DNA of 64,000 bases from Verrucomicrobiaceae bacterium (lineage in GTDB: Bacteria > Verrucomicrobiota > Verrucomicrobiia > Verrucomicrobiales > Akkermansiaceae), in assembly GCA_051252135.1 (NCBI GenBank), contig JBPOGH010000001.1, forward strand, positions 512,001 through 576,000. Direction: 5' to 3'. Each line of letters opens with the position of its first letter. Positions within the stretch are counted from its first letter, which is position 1. Below are positions 49,201-59,149 of this stretch, piece by piece. A model generated the notes under the pieces. That model was not told where the DNA came from. It saw only the letters and a program-made list of their open reading frames with translations, and searched no databases. A program made the position numbers and the translations under genes.

Positions 49201-51431
49201 TCGAGGAACCCACCACCACCTCCACCCTCGCGCACCTCATCGTTCGCAATGCCTCACGCGGAAAGGAACCCACCATCTATCCCGCCGGAATCGCAGGCCT
49301 CAATGCCACTGTCGAAATCGACTTCCTCGACATCGCCGAAGGACGCGGCCCCCTCTTCTTCCGCGGCGGTTCCACTATCCTCAGCGATAGCCACGTCCAC
49401 ATTCCCATCACCGGAGATGGCATCAACATCAAGGGCGGCTACGCCGAAACCCACCGCACCATTTTCCTAGGAAACAACTCGGTCGACACCGACGCCATTG
49501 ACTACGACGGTGTTACCAATGGCATCATCAAGGACTGTCGCATCTACAACTTCCGCGGCTTCAACAGCGATGGCATCGATACCGGAGAGCAGTGTGTCGA
49601 TGTCCTCATCGAGGGCAATGCCATCTACTACAACTCGGACAAAGGAGTCTCCGTAGGCCAGGGATCGACGGTCATCATGAGGAACAACCTGATCGTCGGT
49701 TGCCCCCAGGGTGCCGGAGTAAAAGATTTCGGTTCCACCCTCATTGCCGACCAAAACACCTTTGTCGGCTGCGCCGAGGCCATCACGTCCTTTGAAAAGA
49801 ATTTCGGAAAAGGCGGAGGGGATGTCACCGTCACCAACTGCATCTTTTCCGAGTGTGATATCCCCGTCGGCTCCGATTCGTTCTCCACGCTCACCACTTC
49901 CTACAGCTTGAGTGACACCACCGCCCTGCTTGGACTCGCCAACCTGAATACCGACCCCATGTTCGTCGATCCCGTTGCCTTGAATTTTGAACTTCTGCCC
50001 GGCTCTCCCGCCAAAGATTCCGGTGATCCTTCCCACGATCCCGATCCTGACTCCACTCAGGCCGATCGAGGGGCCCTCTACCTCTACAACCCGAACGATT
50101 ACCCCTTCACCATCGAAGAAACGGTGGTCGTAAACGAGATTCTGGCCAACTCGGGCGCCAACCCTGATTGGATCGAAATCTACAACCGCTCCTCCTCTCC
50201 CGTAAATATCGGCGGGTGGTTCCTCAGTGATAGCGGAACGAATCTCGCAAAATACCGCATCCCCGCAGGCACCATCATCCCGGGAAATGGCTACCTCATT
50301 TTCTATGAGGACGCCAACTTCGGCGCCGGAAGCACAGACCCCAACCGCATCACCGGATTCGGCCTCAGCGACGATGGCGAAACCGTCTACCTCTCCTCCG
50401 CCACCAACGACACCCTCACCGATTACCGGTTCAAGGAAGACTTTGGGGCATCACTGGAAGGCACCACCCTTGGTTATTACTACAAGCCAAGTTCCGGCAA
50501 CTACAACTTCATCGCCCTTCAGGAACCCACCCAGGCTGCCGCGAACGCCGCTCCCTCGGTAGGTCCCATCGTCATCTCGGAAATCATGTACAATCCGGCT
50601 GGAGCAGGCTCATCCGAGTACATCGAACTCCTCAACGTGAGCTCCTCCCCCGTCACCCTGTTCGATTCAACCACCGGAAAGGCATGGCAATTCACCGATG
50701 GCATCGAATACGAATTCCCCGCTTTCTCCCCTCTCGTAATGAACCCCGGCCAGCGCATCATTCTCACCCGCAGCGTCACCGCCTTTAATGCAGAGTTCTC
50801 CCCTCCTCCGGGAACCCAGGTCATCGAATGGATCACCGGCAAACTTTCCGGCGGCGGAGAAACCCTTCAGATCGCCCAACCCGGACCCGTCAACGCTCTC
50901 AACGAAGTCCAATATGTCCGCGTCGATCGCGTAAAATACGACAACAACTCGCCTTGGCCCACCTCTCCCGATGGCTCCGGACCCTCTCTCACCAAAATTG
51001 CCGAAAATCAGTATGGCAATGATTACCTCAACTGGACTGCCGCCACCGCAAGTCCGGGTGACACCGCTCCGGGAACCGGATATGACGACTGGGCCACTTC
51101 CAATGGCATCACCGATCCCCTCCTCGATAACGATGGAGACGGAATCTCAAATCTCGCTGAATACGCCATGGGGACCGATCCCAACCTCCACGGCCCCCTC
51201 GCACCCCTTACAATCTCCGGAAATGGAGGGAGCATCACCGCCTCCTTCGGGGTCAACATAACCCGTCCGGATGTGAACCTTGTCCTCGAATCGTCCGGTG
51301 ACCTCTCGACTTGGACCCCGGTCAACTCCCCTCCTCTTTCAATAAGCGGTGACATGCAAATGCACGCCGTGAGCAGACCAAGGACCGAAGACCACTTATT
51401 CTACCGCTTGGGAATTTCCCTCAAACCCTAA
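46221..51431 (+). CDS. Large secreted lamin-tail/CotH-kinase-like/beta-helix multidomain protein (paralog 1)
   Basis: Signal peptide; LTD (INELMASN..DWIELHN), jelly-roll insert (DDGAVIYLNG), YYTLDGSNPT, CotH-like (LNGEYWGVY..WRWFLPDMD), beta-helix (DKGVSVG), two more LTD, C-terminal module. Start ATG 46221. Confidence 0.88.
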   Translation: MWHSRHLLVLALISILNPAASGQVRINELMASNTRSFPDIIDFEDYPDWIELHNPDVAAVSLDGYFLSDNPADPFKWRIPAGASIPAGGYLLFMADGHDAAPGETHPRGYWPWRNFTTERYHTNFSLSADGESVVLTQTTGSNTTPLIATGSTWKYLDNGSDQSTQWRARVFDDTSWASGPAALGYGDSPVTEISFGGNSNQKHITTYYRHTFNVADPSIYQTLALALQVDDGAVIYLNGAEIVRDNLPTTGTIIYTTRAEEAIGGSDESDFTTFNLSASGLVAGDNVIAVEVHQSSQTSSDTRFDMSLEATAYTGPSIVDSITYTTQVTDVSYGRDLTTPTIWKQFAESTPGAANITAAVTDVRLSSGKASISPNAGFYSSEQTITLTTSAGDLYYTLDGSNPTTSSTLYTAPFAVSSTTVVRARVFETGKVPGPILTSTYFFGESFNGLPIVSAVADPETLFGDEIGIYDNDHELITSGMNEVYKGKDAPGHIQYFPTDSSSGFQVNGGFRIGGENNWGSHEQKALNFTLRGKYGDDAIKYDLFPGSNIPVHTAIAFREGGDDWDDAMLRDPMWNTIAEGYINAETNASTPCVVFLNGEYWGVYNIRSRWDEQWLFEHHGVDNGEYSHLGYGHFTSSSTTLGAHNGDTAEWLDLLQFIDANDINDPANWAFVESRVDIDSFIDFIVSESFANNSSWSHNREFWKADKPGSKWRWFLPDMDRTFKLSEINSNRFGDILNDDALLDRIKNQPTFKARLAQRYSAHIESTFDATRIANIVDTLGAVITPELARHKAKWSGSIDAAQQAIDLQEIKDYATQRKPGVHDEISAELGLDPYVIVTLAVTGSGSFSFEGIPVEPGNMRIFPNLDASIEAIPAPGYVFDSWSGLAGGAATTLNIAGAETITANFIPAGGTVTGGTLATNTTFNAAGSPYHIDTDLIVPTGVTLTIGPDVILEMTAGRNIRVMGTLDIQGALGQEVTIRGRNGVTWGGLSFEEPTTTSTLAHLIVRNASRGKEPTIYPAGIAGLNATVEIDFLDIAEGRGPLFFRGGSTILSDSHVHIPITGDGINIKGGYAETHRTIFLGNNSVDTDAIDYDGVTNGIIKDCRIYNFRGFNSDGIDTGEQCVDVLIEGNAIYYNSDKGVSVGQGSTVIMRNNLIVGCPQGAGVKDFGSTLIADQNTFVGCAEAITSFEKNFGKGGGDVTVTNCIFSECDIPVGSDSFSTLTTSYSLSDTTALLGLANLNTDPMFVDPVALNFELLPGSPAKDSGDPSHDPDPDSTQADRGALYLYNPNDYPFTIEETVVVNEILANSGANPDWIEIYNRSSSPVNIGGWFLSDSGTNLAKYRIPAGTIIPGNGYLIFYEDANFGAGSTDPNRITGFGLSDDGETVYLSSATNDTLTDYRFKEDFGASLEGTTLGYYYKPSSGNYNFIALQEPTQAAANAAPSVGPIVISEIMYNPAGAGSSEYIELLNVSSSPVTLFDSTTGKAWQFTDGIEYEFPAFSPLVMNPGQRIILTRSVTAFNAEFSPPPGTQVIEWITGKLSGGGETLQIAQPGPVNALNEVQYVRVDRVKYDNNSPWPTSPDGSGPSLTKIAENQYGNDYLNWTAATASPGDTAPGTGYDDWATSNGITDPLLDNDGDGISNLAEYAMGTDPNLHGPLAPLTISGNGGSITASFGVNITRPDVNLVLESSGDLSTWTPVNSPPLSISGDMQMHAVSRPRTEDHLFYRLGISLKP

Positions 51432-51474
51432 CTGCTAGTTTGACGAAATCGTCAACCGGCAACAACTTACTACC

Positions 51475-54400
51475 GTGCGTCTGTTTCTGCTCATCGCGCT
51501 AAGCGCGTCTCCCCTCCTCTCCTGGGGCCAAATTCGAATCAACGAATTCATGGCATCCAACACGCGATCGTATCCCGATATCACGGACTTCGAGGACTAT
51601 CCCGACTGGATCGAACTCCACAACACCTCCGCTACCGAAGCCTCGCTCGACAACTACTTCCTCAGCGATAATCCCAACCGCCCCTTAAAATGGCGCTTCC
51701 CCTCCGGAGCCACCATTCCCGCAAATGGCTACCTCGTCATCATTGCAGATGGCAATAATGCGAACATCGGCGACACCCACTACCGTGACTACTGGCCCTT
51801 CAGCAGGTTCCGCACGGAAAAATACCATACAAACTTCTCCCTCTCCGCAGACGGTGAATCCGTAGTCCTTACCCGCACCTCCGACCCAATTGAAACTCCG
51901 CTCATCAATGTCGGAGCTGACTGGAAGTATCTCGATGACGGCTCGGCCCAAACCACTCCGTGGCGTGCCAGACTCTACGATGACTCCTCATGGGCCTCCG
52001 GTCCCGCTCCTCTTGGTTATGGGGATGATCCGGCTACCGAAATTTCTTTCGGAGGCGACAGCGACAACAAGCACATCACTTCCTATTTCCGGCATTCTTT
52101 CGATGTCTCCGGCCCCATCGACTTCGACACCATGAGCCTCTCGATCCAGGTCGATGACGCCGCCGTCGTTTACCTCAACGGAAACGAGATCATCCGCCAG
52201 AACCTTCCCGCCGGTGAGATCGATTCCCAGACCCTCTCGCTCCAGGCTGCCGCCCCACCGGAGGAGGCTTATTTTACTGACTACAACGTTTCCCCTGAGT
52301 TCCTCAGCACAGGACAAAATGTCATTGCAGTCGAAGTCCACCAGAATGGAAGAAGCTCGGTTGACCTCCGTCTGGATCTGAGCCTGAAGGGAGTGAATTA
52401 CAACGATCTCACTGCTCAGGATTCAGTCACCTATTCCCAGCAAATCAGCGATGTCCCCATGGCCCGTGATCCCATCGATCCAAATGTCTGGGTAGCTCTT
52501 GATCAATCAACACCCGGGGAAGAAAATGCCGGCCGGGAGGTCTCCGACCTTCGCTCCACCAGTGGATCGGTCGACATCTCCCCTCCCGGCGGACTCTTTT
52601 CCGACTCCCAAACAATCACCCTCTCAGCCCCCGCCGGCGAAATCCGATACACCCTCGACGGCCGTGAACCAAGCCCCCTCGACCCGGTCTACTCCACCCC
52701 CATTTCCATCACCGAACCCACCGTCGTCCGCGCACGGGTCTACGAAACCGGAAAGGTCCCCGGACAAATCTTCACCACAACCTACCTCATCGGCGAAGAA
52801 TTTAATGGCATGCCCGTCCTCTCGATCACCGCTGAACCGGAAACTTTGTTCGGTGACGAGATCGGAATCTACTTCAACCAACACGAGCCCAATCAGGGCG
52901 TCGGACCGGCCGTCTATAAAGGAAAAGATGCACCCGGTAACCTCGAAATGTTCCTCCCCGATGGCAGCCCCGGATTCTCGGTAAACGGCGGCTTCAGAAT
53001 GGGGGGCGAAAACAACTGGGCCAGCCACACCCAACGCGCCTTCAACTTTGCCATCCGTGGAAAATACGGCGACGACGAACTCAAATACGACCTCTTCCCC
53101 GGCTCCGGCATTCCGATCTTTTCCTCCCTCACCATTCGTGAAGGAGGGGATGACTTTGGAGCAGCCCGCCTCCGGGATGGCATTTTTGATTCTATCGGGC
53201 GCGACCGTCTTCAGGTTGAGACCAATAGAATGCGCACCGCCGCCGTCTTCATTAATGGAGAATATTGGGGTCACTACAACATTCGCGACCGCTGGGACGA
53301 AAACTGGCTCTTCCAACATTATGGCACGGACAATGGCGAATACGACCACGTCCGATTCAACAACACCAGCCAGGGAACTCCACCCGCCATCGAGAACGGC
53401 TCAAACGAATCCTGGAACGAACTCTTCTCATTCATCCGAAACAACGACCTCGAAGACCCCGCAAACTGGGCCTATGTCGAATCGCGCATCGACGTTGATA
53501 GCTTCATCGATTTCGTCGTCGCTGAAGGTTGGAGCAACAACTCCAGTTGGGAAGGAAACAGGGAGGCCTGGAAGGCTCATCGACCCGGCTCGAAATGGCG
53601 CTGGTTCATTCCCGATATGGACCGCACCTTCCAGAACGCTGGTGCCAACACCTTCAACAGCATGCTCAACAACGAGCAATTTCTCCGGCATCTAAAGGAC
53701 AACACCTCCTTCAGACATCGCCTTGCACAACGCTACGCAGCGCACTTGGCATCCACCTTCTCAACGGACCGCATCCATTCTCTCATCGACACCCTGGGTA
53801 ACGCCGCCGCTCCGGAAATCGAGCGCAATGATGAGCGCTGGTCCGGAGCCCCCTCTCTTTCGACTTACCAATCGAGCCTTCAAAGCATGAAGGATTACGC
53901 CTCTGCCCGCGCCACAAACGTCATCCCCGATATCGCAAACCGGCTTGGTCTTGATGATGCCGTCGACCTCACCCTCGCCACCACCGGCCAGGGAAGCTTC
54001 ATGATCAATGGAGTTTCAGTTCAAAACGGGACTCTGGAGTTTTTCCCGAATATCGATACAGAAATCGAAGCCATCCCCGCCCCGGGCTTTCGCTTTGATT
54101 CCTGGATCGGGATTGCGGGCCCTGATTCAGCCTCCTCCTTCAACCTCACCGGAGACACCACCATCACCGCTGTATTTGCCCCGTCCGGCACCCCCCTCCT
54201 CGGCGGGACCCTCACCCAGGACACGACCCTCGACGCGACCACCGATGCCTACCTGATCGAGGAAGACCTCATCGTCCCCACCGGGATCACTCTCACCCTC
54301 AACCCCGGGGTTGTCATCGATCTTGCGACCCGTCGCAACATCCGCGTCATGGGTACCCTGGTCGTTGCCGGCACTGAAGAATCACCCGTCACCATCAAGG

Positions 54401-56646
54401 GACGTGCCGGCCAAATCTGGGGCGGCATTTCTTTCGAAGAGCCATCCACCCCTTCCTCCCTCTCCCATCTCATCATCCGGAACGCTTCCCGTGGACACAA
54501 TCCGATCGTCTACCCTTCCGCTATTTCCGGATTAAACGCCAACCTCGACCTTGAATTTCTGAACATTGGCAAATCCCGGGGACCTCTCTTTTTCCGGGGT
54601 GGCTCGGTCAGCCTCCGCGACTCCCTGATCGACATCCCCCTCACCGGCGATGGCATCAACATCAAAAAAGGAGCCGCTGAAACCATCCGCTGCACCTTCA
54701 CCGGAAATGATTCACCCGATACCGATGCCATCGACTACGATGGTGTCATCAACGGAGTCATCCGCGACTGCCGCATCTATCGCTTCCTCGGCTTCAACAG
54801 CGATGGCATCGACACCGGAGAACAATGTGTGGACGTCTTGATCGAAGGAAACACCATCTTCTACAACTCCGATAAGGGCGTCTCTGTCGGCCAAGGTTCA
54901 ACCGTCATCCTCCGTAAAAACCTCATCGTCGGATGCCCCATGGGCGTCGGCGTAAAAGACACCGGATCGAACATCATCATCGATCAAAACACCTTTGTCG
55001 GATGCGACCAGGCTGTCGCCGTTTTCGAGAAAAACTTCGGCGGAGGAGGCGGCTCGGCCACCGTGACAAACTCCATCTTTTCCGACTGCCCCCTCCCCAC
55101 TACCGTAGACTCCCTTTCGACTCTTTTCGTTTCCTACTCCTTAAGCGACACCCTCCCCCTTCCCGGAATTGGCAACCAACTCGGCTCGCCATTGTTTGTT
55201 GATGCCGCCTCCCTCAACTTCGAGCTCACCCCAAACTCCCCGGCGATCGACTCCGGCGACCCCAACCACGAACTTGATCCTGATGACACCCTTGCCGACA
55301 TGGGTGCCTACTATCTCTTCTCTCCTGAAGACTACCCCTTCACCAACAATAACACCGTTGTCGTCAACGAAATCCTTGCGAACTCGGGCGACCAAACAGA
55401 TTGGATTGAGCTCCACAATCGCACCCTCGACCCCGTGAATATCGGAGGCTGGTTCCTCAGCGACGATCGCTCCCAACTCTCAAAATACCGTATCCCGTCC
55501 GGCACCATCATCCCCGGAGGAGGATACCTCGTCTTCTATGAAGATACGAATTTCGGAACAGCCAGTATCGACCCGGACAAACTGGAAGGTTTCGCTCTCA
55601 GTGACACCGGAGAAACCGTCTACCTCAGCTCGGCCGTAGACGATCAGCTCAGCGGCTACCTTTTCAAAGAGGACTTCGGCCCCAGCCTTCAGGGTGAGTC
55701 TCTCGGCTATTACTTCAAATCAAGTAGCAACAGTTACAACTTCGTTGCCCAAGCCGCTCACTCTCAATCAGCACCCAATATCGGCCCCCGTGTCGGACCG
55801 ATCGTATTCACCGAGATCATGTATCACCCCGCCGGAGACGCCGACTCGGAATACCTGGAACTCCAAAACATCTCCGGTTCCCCCGTAACACTGTTTGATC
55901 CCGCCAAAGGTCTCGCATGGCGAATCAGCGACGGCATCGAATTCGAATTCCCCTCCGACACCCCTCTCACCCTCGCAGCCGGCCAACGCATCATTCTCAC
56001 CAGAAATGCCAATGCCTTCGCCAGCGAATTCTCTCCTCCACCGGGAACCATCGTCCTCGAATGGATCTCCGGCAAGCTCTCCAATGGCGGTGAAACCATC
56101 CAGCTCGATCAACCCGGTCCGGCCGATTCCCTCGGAAACTACACCTATGTCCGCATTGACCGCGTCAACTACGCTCCCGATCTTCCCTGGGATGTCGGAG
56201 CCGACGGCACCGGATTGTCTCTCAACAAGGTGATCGAAGGCGACTACGGCAATGACTTCATCAATTGGATCGCCGCTGCCCCCACCCCCGGAACCATCGC
56301 CACGGGATCCAGCTTTGCCGGCTGGGCGGCCGACTTTGGCGTCACCGATCCCAATGCCGATCCCGACGCCGATGGCTTGAGCAATCTCATGGAATACGCT
56401 TTCGGAACTGATCCCAACATCCCAAGCCGGCTCCAGCCCCTCAATTTGTCCGTGAATGGAACCTTGGTCGGCCTAACCTTCCCTGCCAGCTACCTCAAAC
56501 CTGATCTCAATGTCATCCTTGAGGTCTCCTCCGACCTGCTGCAGTGGGCCCCCGTCACCACGACCCTCCAGGGCAACCTTCGCGCCATCACCGTCCCTCG
56601 GGGGTCGCGTTCGTTCTATCGCCTCAACGTTTCCCAAAAACCCTAG
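51475..56646 (+). CDS. Large secreted lamin-tail/CotH-kinase-like/beta-helix multidomain protein (paralog 2)
   Basis: Colinear with paralog 1 over its whole length. Confidence 0.88.
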   Translation: MRLFLLIALSASPLLSWGQIRINEFMASNTRSYPDITDFEDYPDWIELHNTSATEASLDNYFLSDNPNRPLKWRFPSGATIPANGYLVIIADGNNANIGDTHYRDYWPFSRFRTEKYHTNFSLSADGESVVLTRTSDPIETPLINVGADWKYLDDGSAQTTPWRARLYDDSSWASGPAPLGYGDDPATEISFGGDSDNKHITSYFRHSFDVSGPIDFDTMSLSIQVDDAAVVYLNGNEIIRQNLPAGEIDSQTLSLQAAAPPEEAYFTDYNVSPEFLSTGQNVIAVEVHQNGRSSVDLRLDLSLKGVNYNDLTAQDSVTYSQQISDVPMARDPIDPNVWVALDQSTPGEENAGREVSDLRSTSGSVDISPPGGLFSDSQTITLSAPAGEIRYTLDGREPSPLDPVYSTPISITEPTVVRARVYETGKVPGQIFTTTYLIGEEFNGMPVLSITAEPETLFGDEIGIYFNQHEPNQGVGPAVYKGKDAPGNLEMFLPDGSPGFSVNGGFRMGGENNWASHTQRAFNFAIRGKYGDDELKYDLFPGSGIPIFSSLTIREGGDDFGAARLRDGIFDSIGRDRLQVETNRMRTAAVFINGEYWGHYNIRDRWDENWLFQHYGTDNGEYDHVRFNNTSQGTPPAIENGSNESWNELFSFIRNNDLEDPANWAYVESRIDVDSFIDFVVAEGWSNNSSWEGNREAWKAHRPGSKWRWFIPDMDRTFQNAGANTFNSMLNNEQFLRHLKDNTSFRHRLAQRYAAHLASTFSTDRIHSLIDTLGNAAAPEIERNDERWSGAPSLSTYQSSLQSMKDYASARATNVIPDIANRLGLDDAVDLTLATTGQGSFMINGVSVQNGTLEFFPNIDTEIEAIPAPGFRFDSWIGIAGPDSASSFNLTGDTTITAVFAPSGTPLLGGTLTQDTTLDATTDAYLIEEDLIVPTGITLTLNPGVVIDLATRRNIRVMGTLVVAGTEESPVTIKGRAGQIWGGISFEEPSTPSSLSHLIIRNASRGHNPIVYPSAISGLNANLDLEFLNIGKSRGPLFFRGGSVSLRDSLIDIPLTGDGINIKKGAAETIRCTFTGNDSPDTDAIDYDGVINGVIRDCRIYRFLGFNSDGIDTGEQCVDVLIEGNTIFYNSDKGVSVGQGSTVILRKNLIVGCPMGVGVKDTGSNIIIDQNTFVGCDQAVAVFEKNFGGGGGSATVTNSIFSDCPLPTTVDSLSTLFVSYSLSDTLPLPGIGNQLGSPLFVDAASLNFELTPNSPAIDSGDPNHELDPDDTLADMGAYYLFSPEDYPFTNNNTVVVNEILANSGDQTDWIELHNRTLDPVNIGGWFLSDDRSQLSKYRIPSGTIIPGGGYLVFYEDTNFGTASIDPDKLEGFALSDTGETVYLSSAVDDQLSGYLFKEDFGPSLQGESLGYYFKSSSNSYNFVAQAAHSQSAPNIGPRVGPIVFTEIMYHPAGDADSEYLELQNISGSPVTLFDPAKGLAWRISDGIEFEFPSDTPLTLAAGQRIILTRNANAFASEFSPPPGTIVLEWISGKLSNGGETIQLDQPGPADSLGNYTYVRIDRVNYAPDLPWDVGADGTGLSLNKVIEGDYGNDFINWIAAAPTPGTIATGSSFAGWAADFGVTDPNADPDADGLSNLMEYAFGTDPNIPSRLQPLNLSVNGTLVGLTFPASYLKPDLNVILEVSSDLLQWAPVTTTLQGNLRAITVPRGSRSFYRLNVSQKP

Positions 56647-57473
56647 GAAATCCCAACCAGCGAGACTTTCCCGGCCTCACAAGCCGCCTTCACCTCATCC
56701 CTACCCAGGATCAGCGTCTTCCCCGCCTCCACCGCGATCATCCGGACCCCCGCCTCGCGGCAACTTTCAATCGTTTTTGGCCCCACCACCGGAACGTCAA
56801 AACGCATGTCCTGATTGGGTTTCGACACTTTCACCAAAGCCACATCCTTTCCATTCCCCAGCTCTCCCCCCCGCTTGATGCAGGCATCGGTCCCCTCAAA
56901 TGCCTCGACCGCCAGAACCGTCCCTCGCCTCACCACAATACTTTGCCCAATATCCAACGCGCTGGTCTGCTTCACAATCGCATGACCAAAGGCAATATCC
57001 TCCTCATCCCGCTCACTCAGCGCAGGTCCGTACATCAACCCCTCACCCGCCAGATGGTCATCCAAAAAGGTCGTCGCCGGCAACAATTCGATCCCGTCCT
57101 TTTCCAGCTCCGCAGCAATCGCCCCAAAGAGCGACTCCGCATTCCGCTCCTTCACCGAATGCAGCACCTTCAACGTCCGTAAATCGGGCCATAAATCAAA
57201 AAGATTCCTCGGCGCAATCTGCCCCACCATGATCGCCTCCTTCACCCCGTGTTTCTTGAAAAATTTGATCACCCCTCCAAGTTGCCCCACCCGAAACCAC
57301 GAAATTTCATCCACCAATGACCCCAATTCCTCTTTCGTCTCACCCTTGAAGGCCGCCGCCACCAGCTTGGCCCCATGCTTGCGCGCCTCTCCCACAAAGG
57401 TTTCCGGATAAATTCCATTACCCGCAATCACCCCAATCACACGTTCTGCATCACTCACGGCCCACAGCTTCAT
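56643..57473 (-). CDS. lpxI: UDP-2,3-diacylglucosamine diphosphatase
   Basis: [37 protein letters not shown]. Start may be GTG 57458. Confidence 0.9.
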   Translation of the reverse strand: MKLWAVSDAERVIGVIAGNGIYPETFVGEARKHGAKLVAAAFKGETKEELGSLVDEISWFRVGQLGGVIKFFKKHGVKEAIMVGQIAPRNLFDLWPDLRTLKVLHSVKERNAESLFGAIAAELEKDGIELLPATTFLDDHLAGEGLMYGPALSERDEEDIAFGHAIVKQTSALDIGQSIVVRRGTVLAVEAFEGTDACIKRGGELGNGKDVALVKVSKPNQDMRFDVPVVGPKTIESCREAGVRMIAVEAGKTLILGRDEVKAACEAGKVSLVGIS

Positions 57474-57536
57474 TTTTCGAACCTAAAATTCAAACTTCAA
57501 TTTGCATCAAGTCGCCAACCCGCTAATCTAACAACC

Positions 57537-58571
57537 ATGACTGCTTCCATTTTAGCCAACCCCATCAACGTTGCCCTCGCCGTTGCAGGGATTCTCGTCC
57601 TTCTCGTCGTAGGCATCGTCTTCATCAACTTTTTCGGCCTCTGGATTCAAGCCAAAGCCGCAGGTGCCCCCGTCAGCCTGATCAACCTCGTCCTCATGCG
57701 CTTCCGGAAGGTAAATCCCGGAATCATCGTCAACAGCCGGATCACTGCCGCAAAAGCCGGACTCATCTACACCACCGACCAACTCGAGGCCCACTACCTC
57801 GCAGGTGGTGACATCATCAATGTCGTCCTTGCTCTCGTAGCCGCTGAAAAAGCCGGAATCTCCCTTCCCTTCGACCGCGCCTGTGCCATCGACCTCGCCA
57901 CCAAGGACACCGGAAAGACCGTCCTCGAAGCGGTCCGCACCTCCATCAACCCCAAGGTCATCGACTGCCCGAACCCCTCTTCCGGAATGACCAAAATCAC
58001 CGCGGTCGCCAAAGATGGCATCGGAGTCAACGTTCGCGCTCGTGTCACCGTCCGCACCAACCTTGACCGCTTCGTCGGTGGCGCCACCGAAGAAACCATC
58101 ATCGCCCGCGTCGGCGAAGGCATCGTCACCTCCGTCGGCTCCGCCAGCTCCTACAAGAGCGTCCTCGAAAATCCCGACTCCATCTCACGCCTCGTCCTCG
58201 AGAAAGGCGTCGATTCCGCCACCGCCTTCGAAATCCTCTCCATCGATATCGCTGACGTCGATGTCGCTGATAACGTCGGAGCACGACTCCAGACCGAACA
58301 GGCCGAGGCAGACAAGCAAGTCGCCCAGGCCAAAGCGGAAATGCGTCGTGCCGCTGCCGTCGCTTCCGAACAGGAAATGGCTGCCCGCACCCAGGAAATG
58401 CGCGCCAAGGTGGTCGAGGCGGAAGCAACCGTCCCTCTCGCCATCGCCGAAGCCTTCCGCAACGGAAACCTTGGCGTCATGGACTACGCCAAATACCAAA
58501 ATGTCGTCGCCGACACCAAAATGCGCGACTCCATCGGCGAGGAAGATTCCGACAACCACCACAACTCCTAA
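57537..58571 (+). CDS. floA: Flotillin-like protein FloA (YqfA)
   Basis: [62 protein letters not shown]. Confidence 0.92.
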   Translation: MTASILANPINVALAVAGILVLLVVGIVFINFFGLWIQAKAAGAPVSLINLVLMRFRKVNPGIIVNSRITAAKAGLIYTTDQLEAHYLAGGDIINVVLALVAAEKAGISLPFDRACAIDLATKDTGKTVLEAVRTSINPKVIDCPNPSSGMTKITAVAKDGIGVNVRARVTVRTNLDRFVGGATEETIIARVGEGIVTSVGSASSYKSVLENPDSISRLVLEKGVDSATAFEILSIDIADVDVADNVGARLQTEQAEADKQVAQAKAEMRRAAAVASEQEMAARTQEMRAKVVEAEATVPLAIAEAFRNGNLGVMDYAKYQNVVADTKMRDSIGEEDSDNHHNS

Positions 58572-58576
58572 CCCCC

Positions 58577-59080
58577 ATGGTTCTCGCTGAATTCGACCCG
58601 CAGTTCATCATCGTCCTCGTGATGGTGGTGCTCGCGGGCGTCAAGGCCCTCATCGAAAAACTCCAGGAAAAGGCGCATCCGCCCGTCACCGGGGAGGATT
58701 ACGAGGGCCCGGAGACCATCGAAACGGATTATGAGGAATACGCACGCCAACTACGCGAGCGTCAGGCAGAGATCGCAGCGCAACAGCGTGCCGCTCTGGA
58801 AACTGCGCCCCCGCCTCTCCCCTCCGCAATCCCCGTAGCACTTCCTGTCGCAAAAAAAGTCCCTTCCCGCTTTCAGGAGAAGCCTGCCCTTCCAAAACTC
58901 TCCGCCGCCGAAAAACGCGCCCTGGAAAACCTCAAAAAGAGCCAAAACCTACCGCGCCGCCCTTCCTCACCCGGCACCACCGCACGTGCCAGAGCCAAGC
59001 GCGTGCTCTCCAGCCCACACGCCGCACGGGACGCCATCGTCCTCTCCGAAATCCTCGGCACTCCCAAAGGGCTCCGCTAA
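58577..59080 (+). CDS. Hypothetical membrane protein (YqfB-like position after floA)
   Basis: N-terminal TM helix, Pro-rich middle, C-terminal AIVLSEILGTP. Confidence 0.75.
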   Translation: MVLAEFDPQFIIVLVMVVLAGVKALIEKLQEKAHPPVTGEDYEGPETIETDYEEYARQLRERQAEIAAQQRAALETAPPPLPSAIPVALPVAKKVPSRFQEKPALPKLSAAEKRALENLKKSQNLPRRPSSPGTTARARAKRVLSSPHAARDAIVLSEILGTPKGLR

Positions 59081-59149
59081 TCAACAGCCTCAAAAAAGGC
59101 GATTGCTGGCTCGAAAAGTCACCTCGATCATCCGACACTCCGGCGGCGC

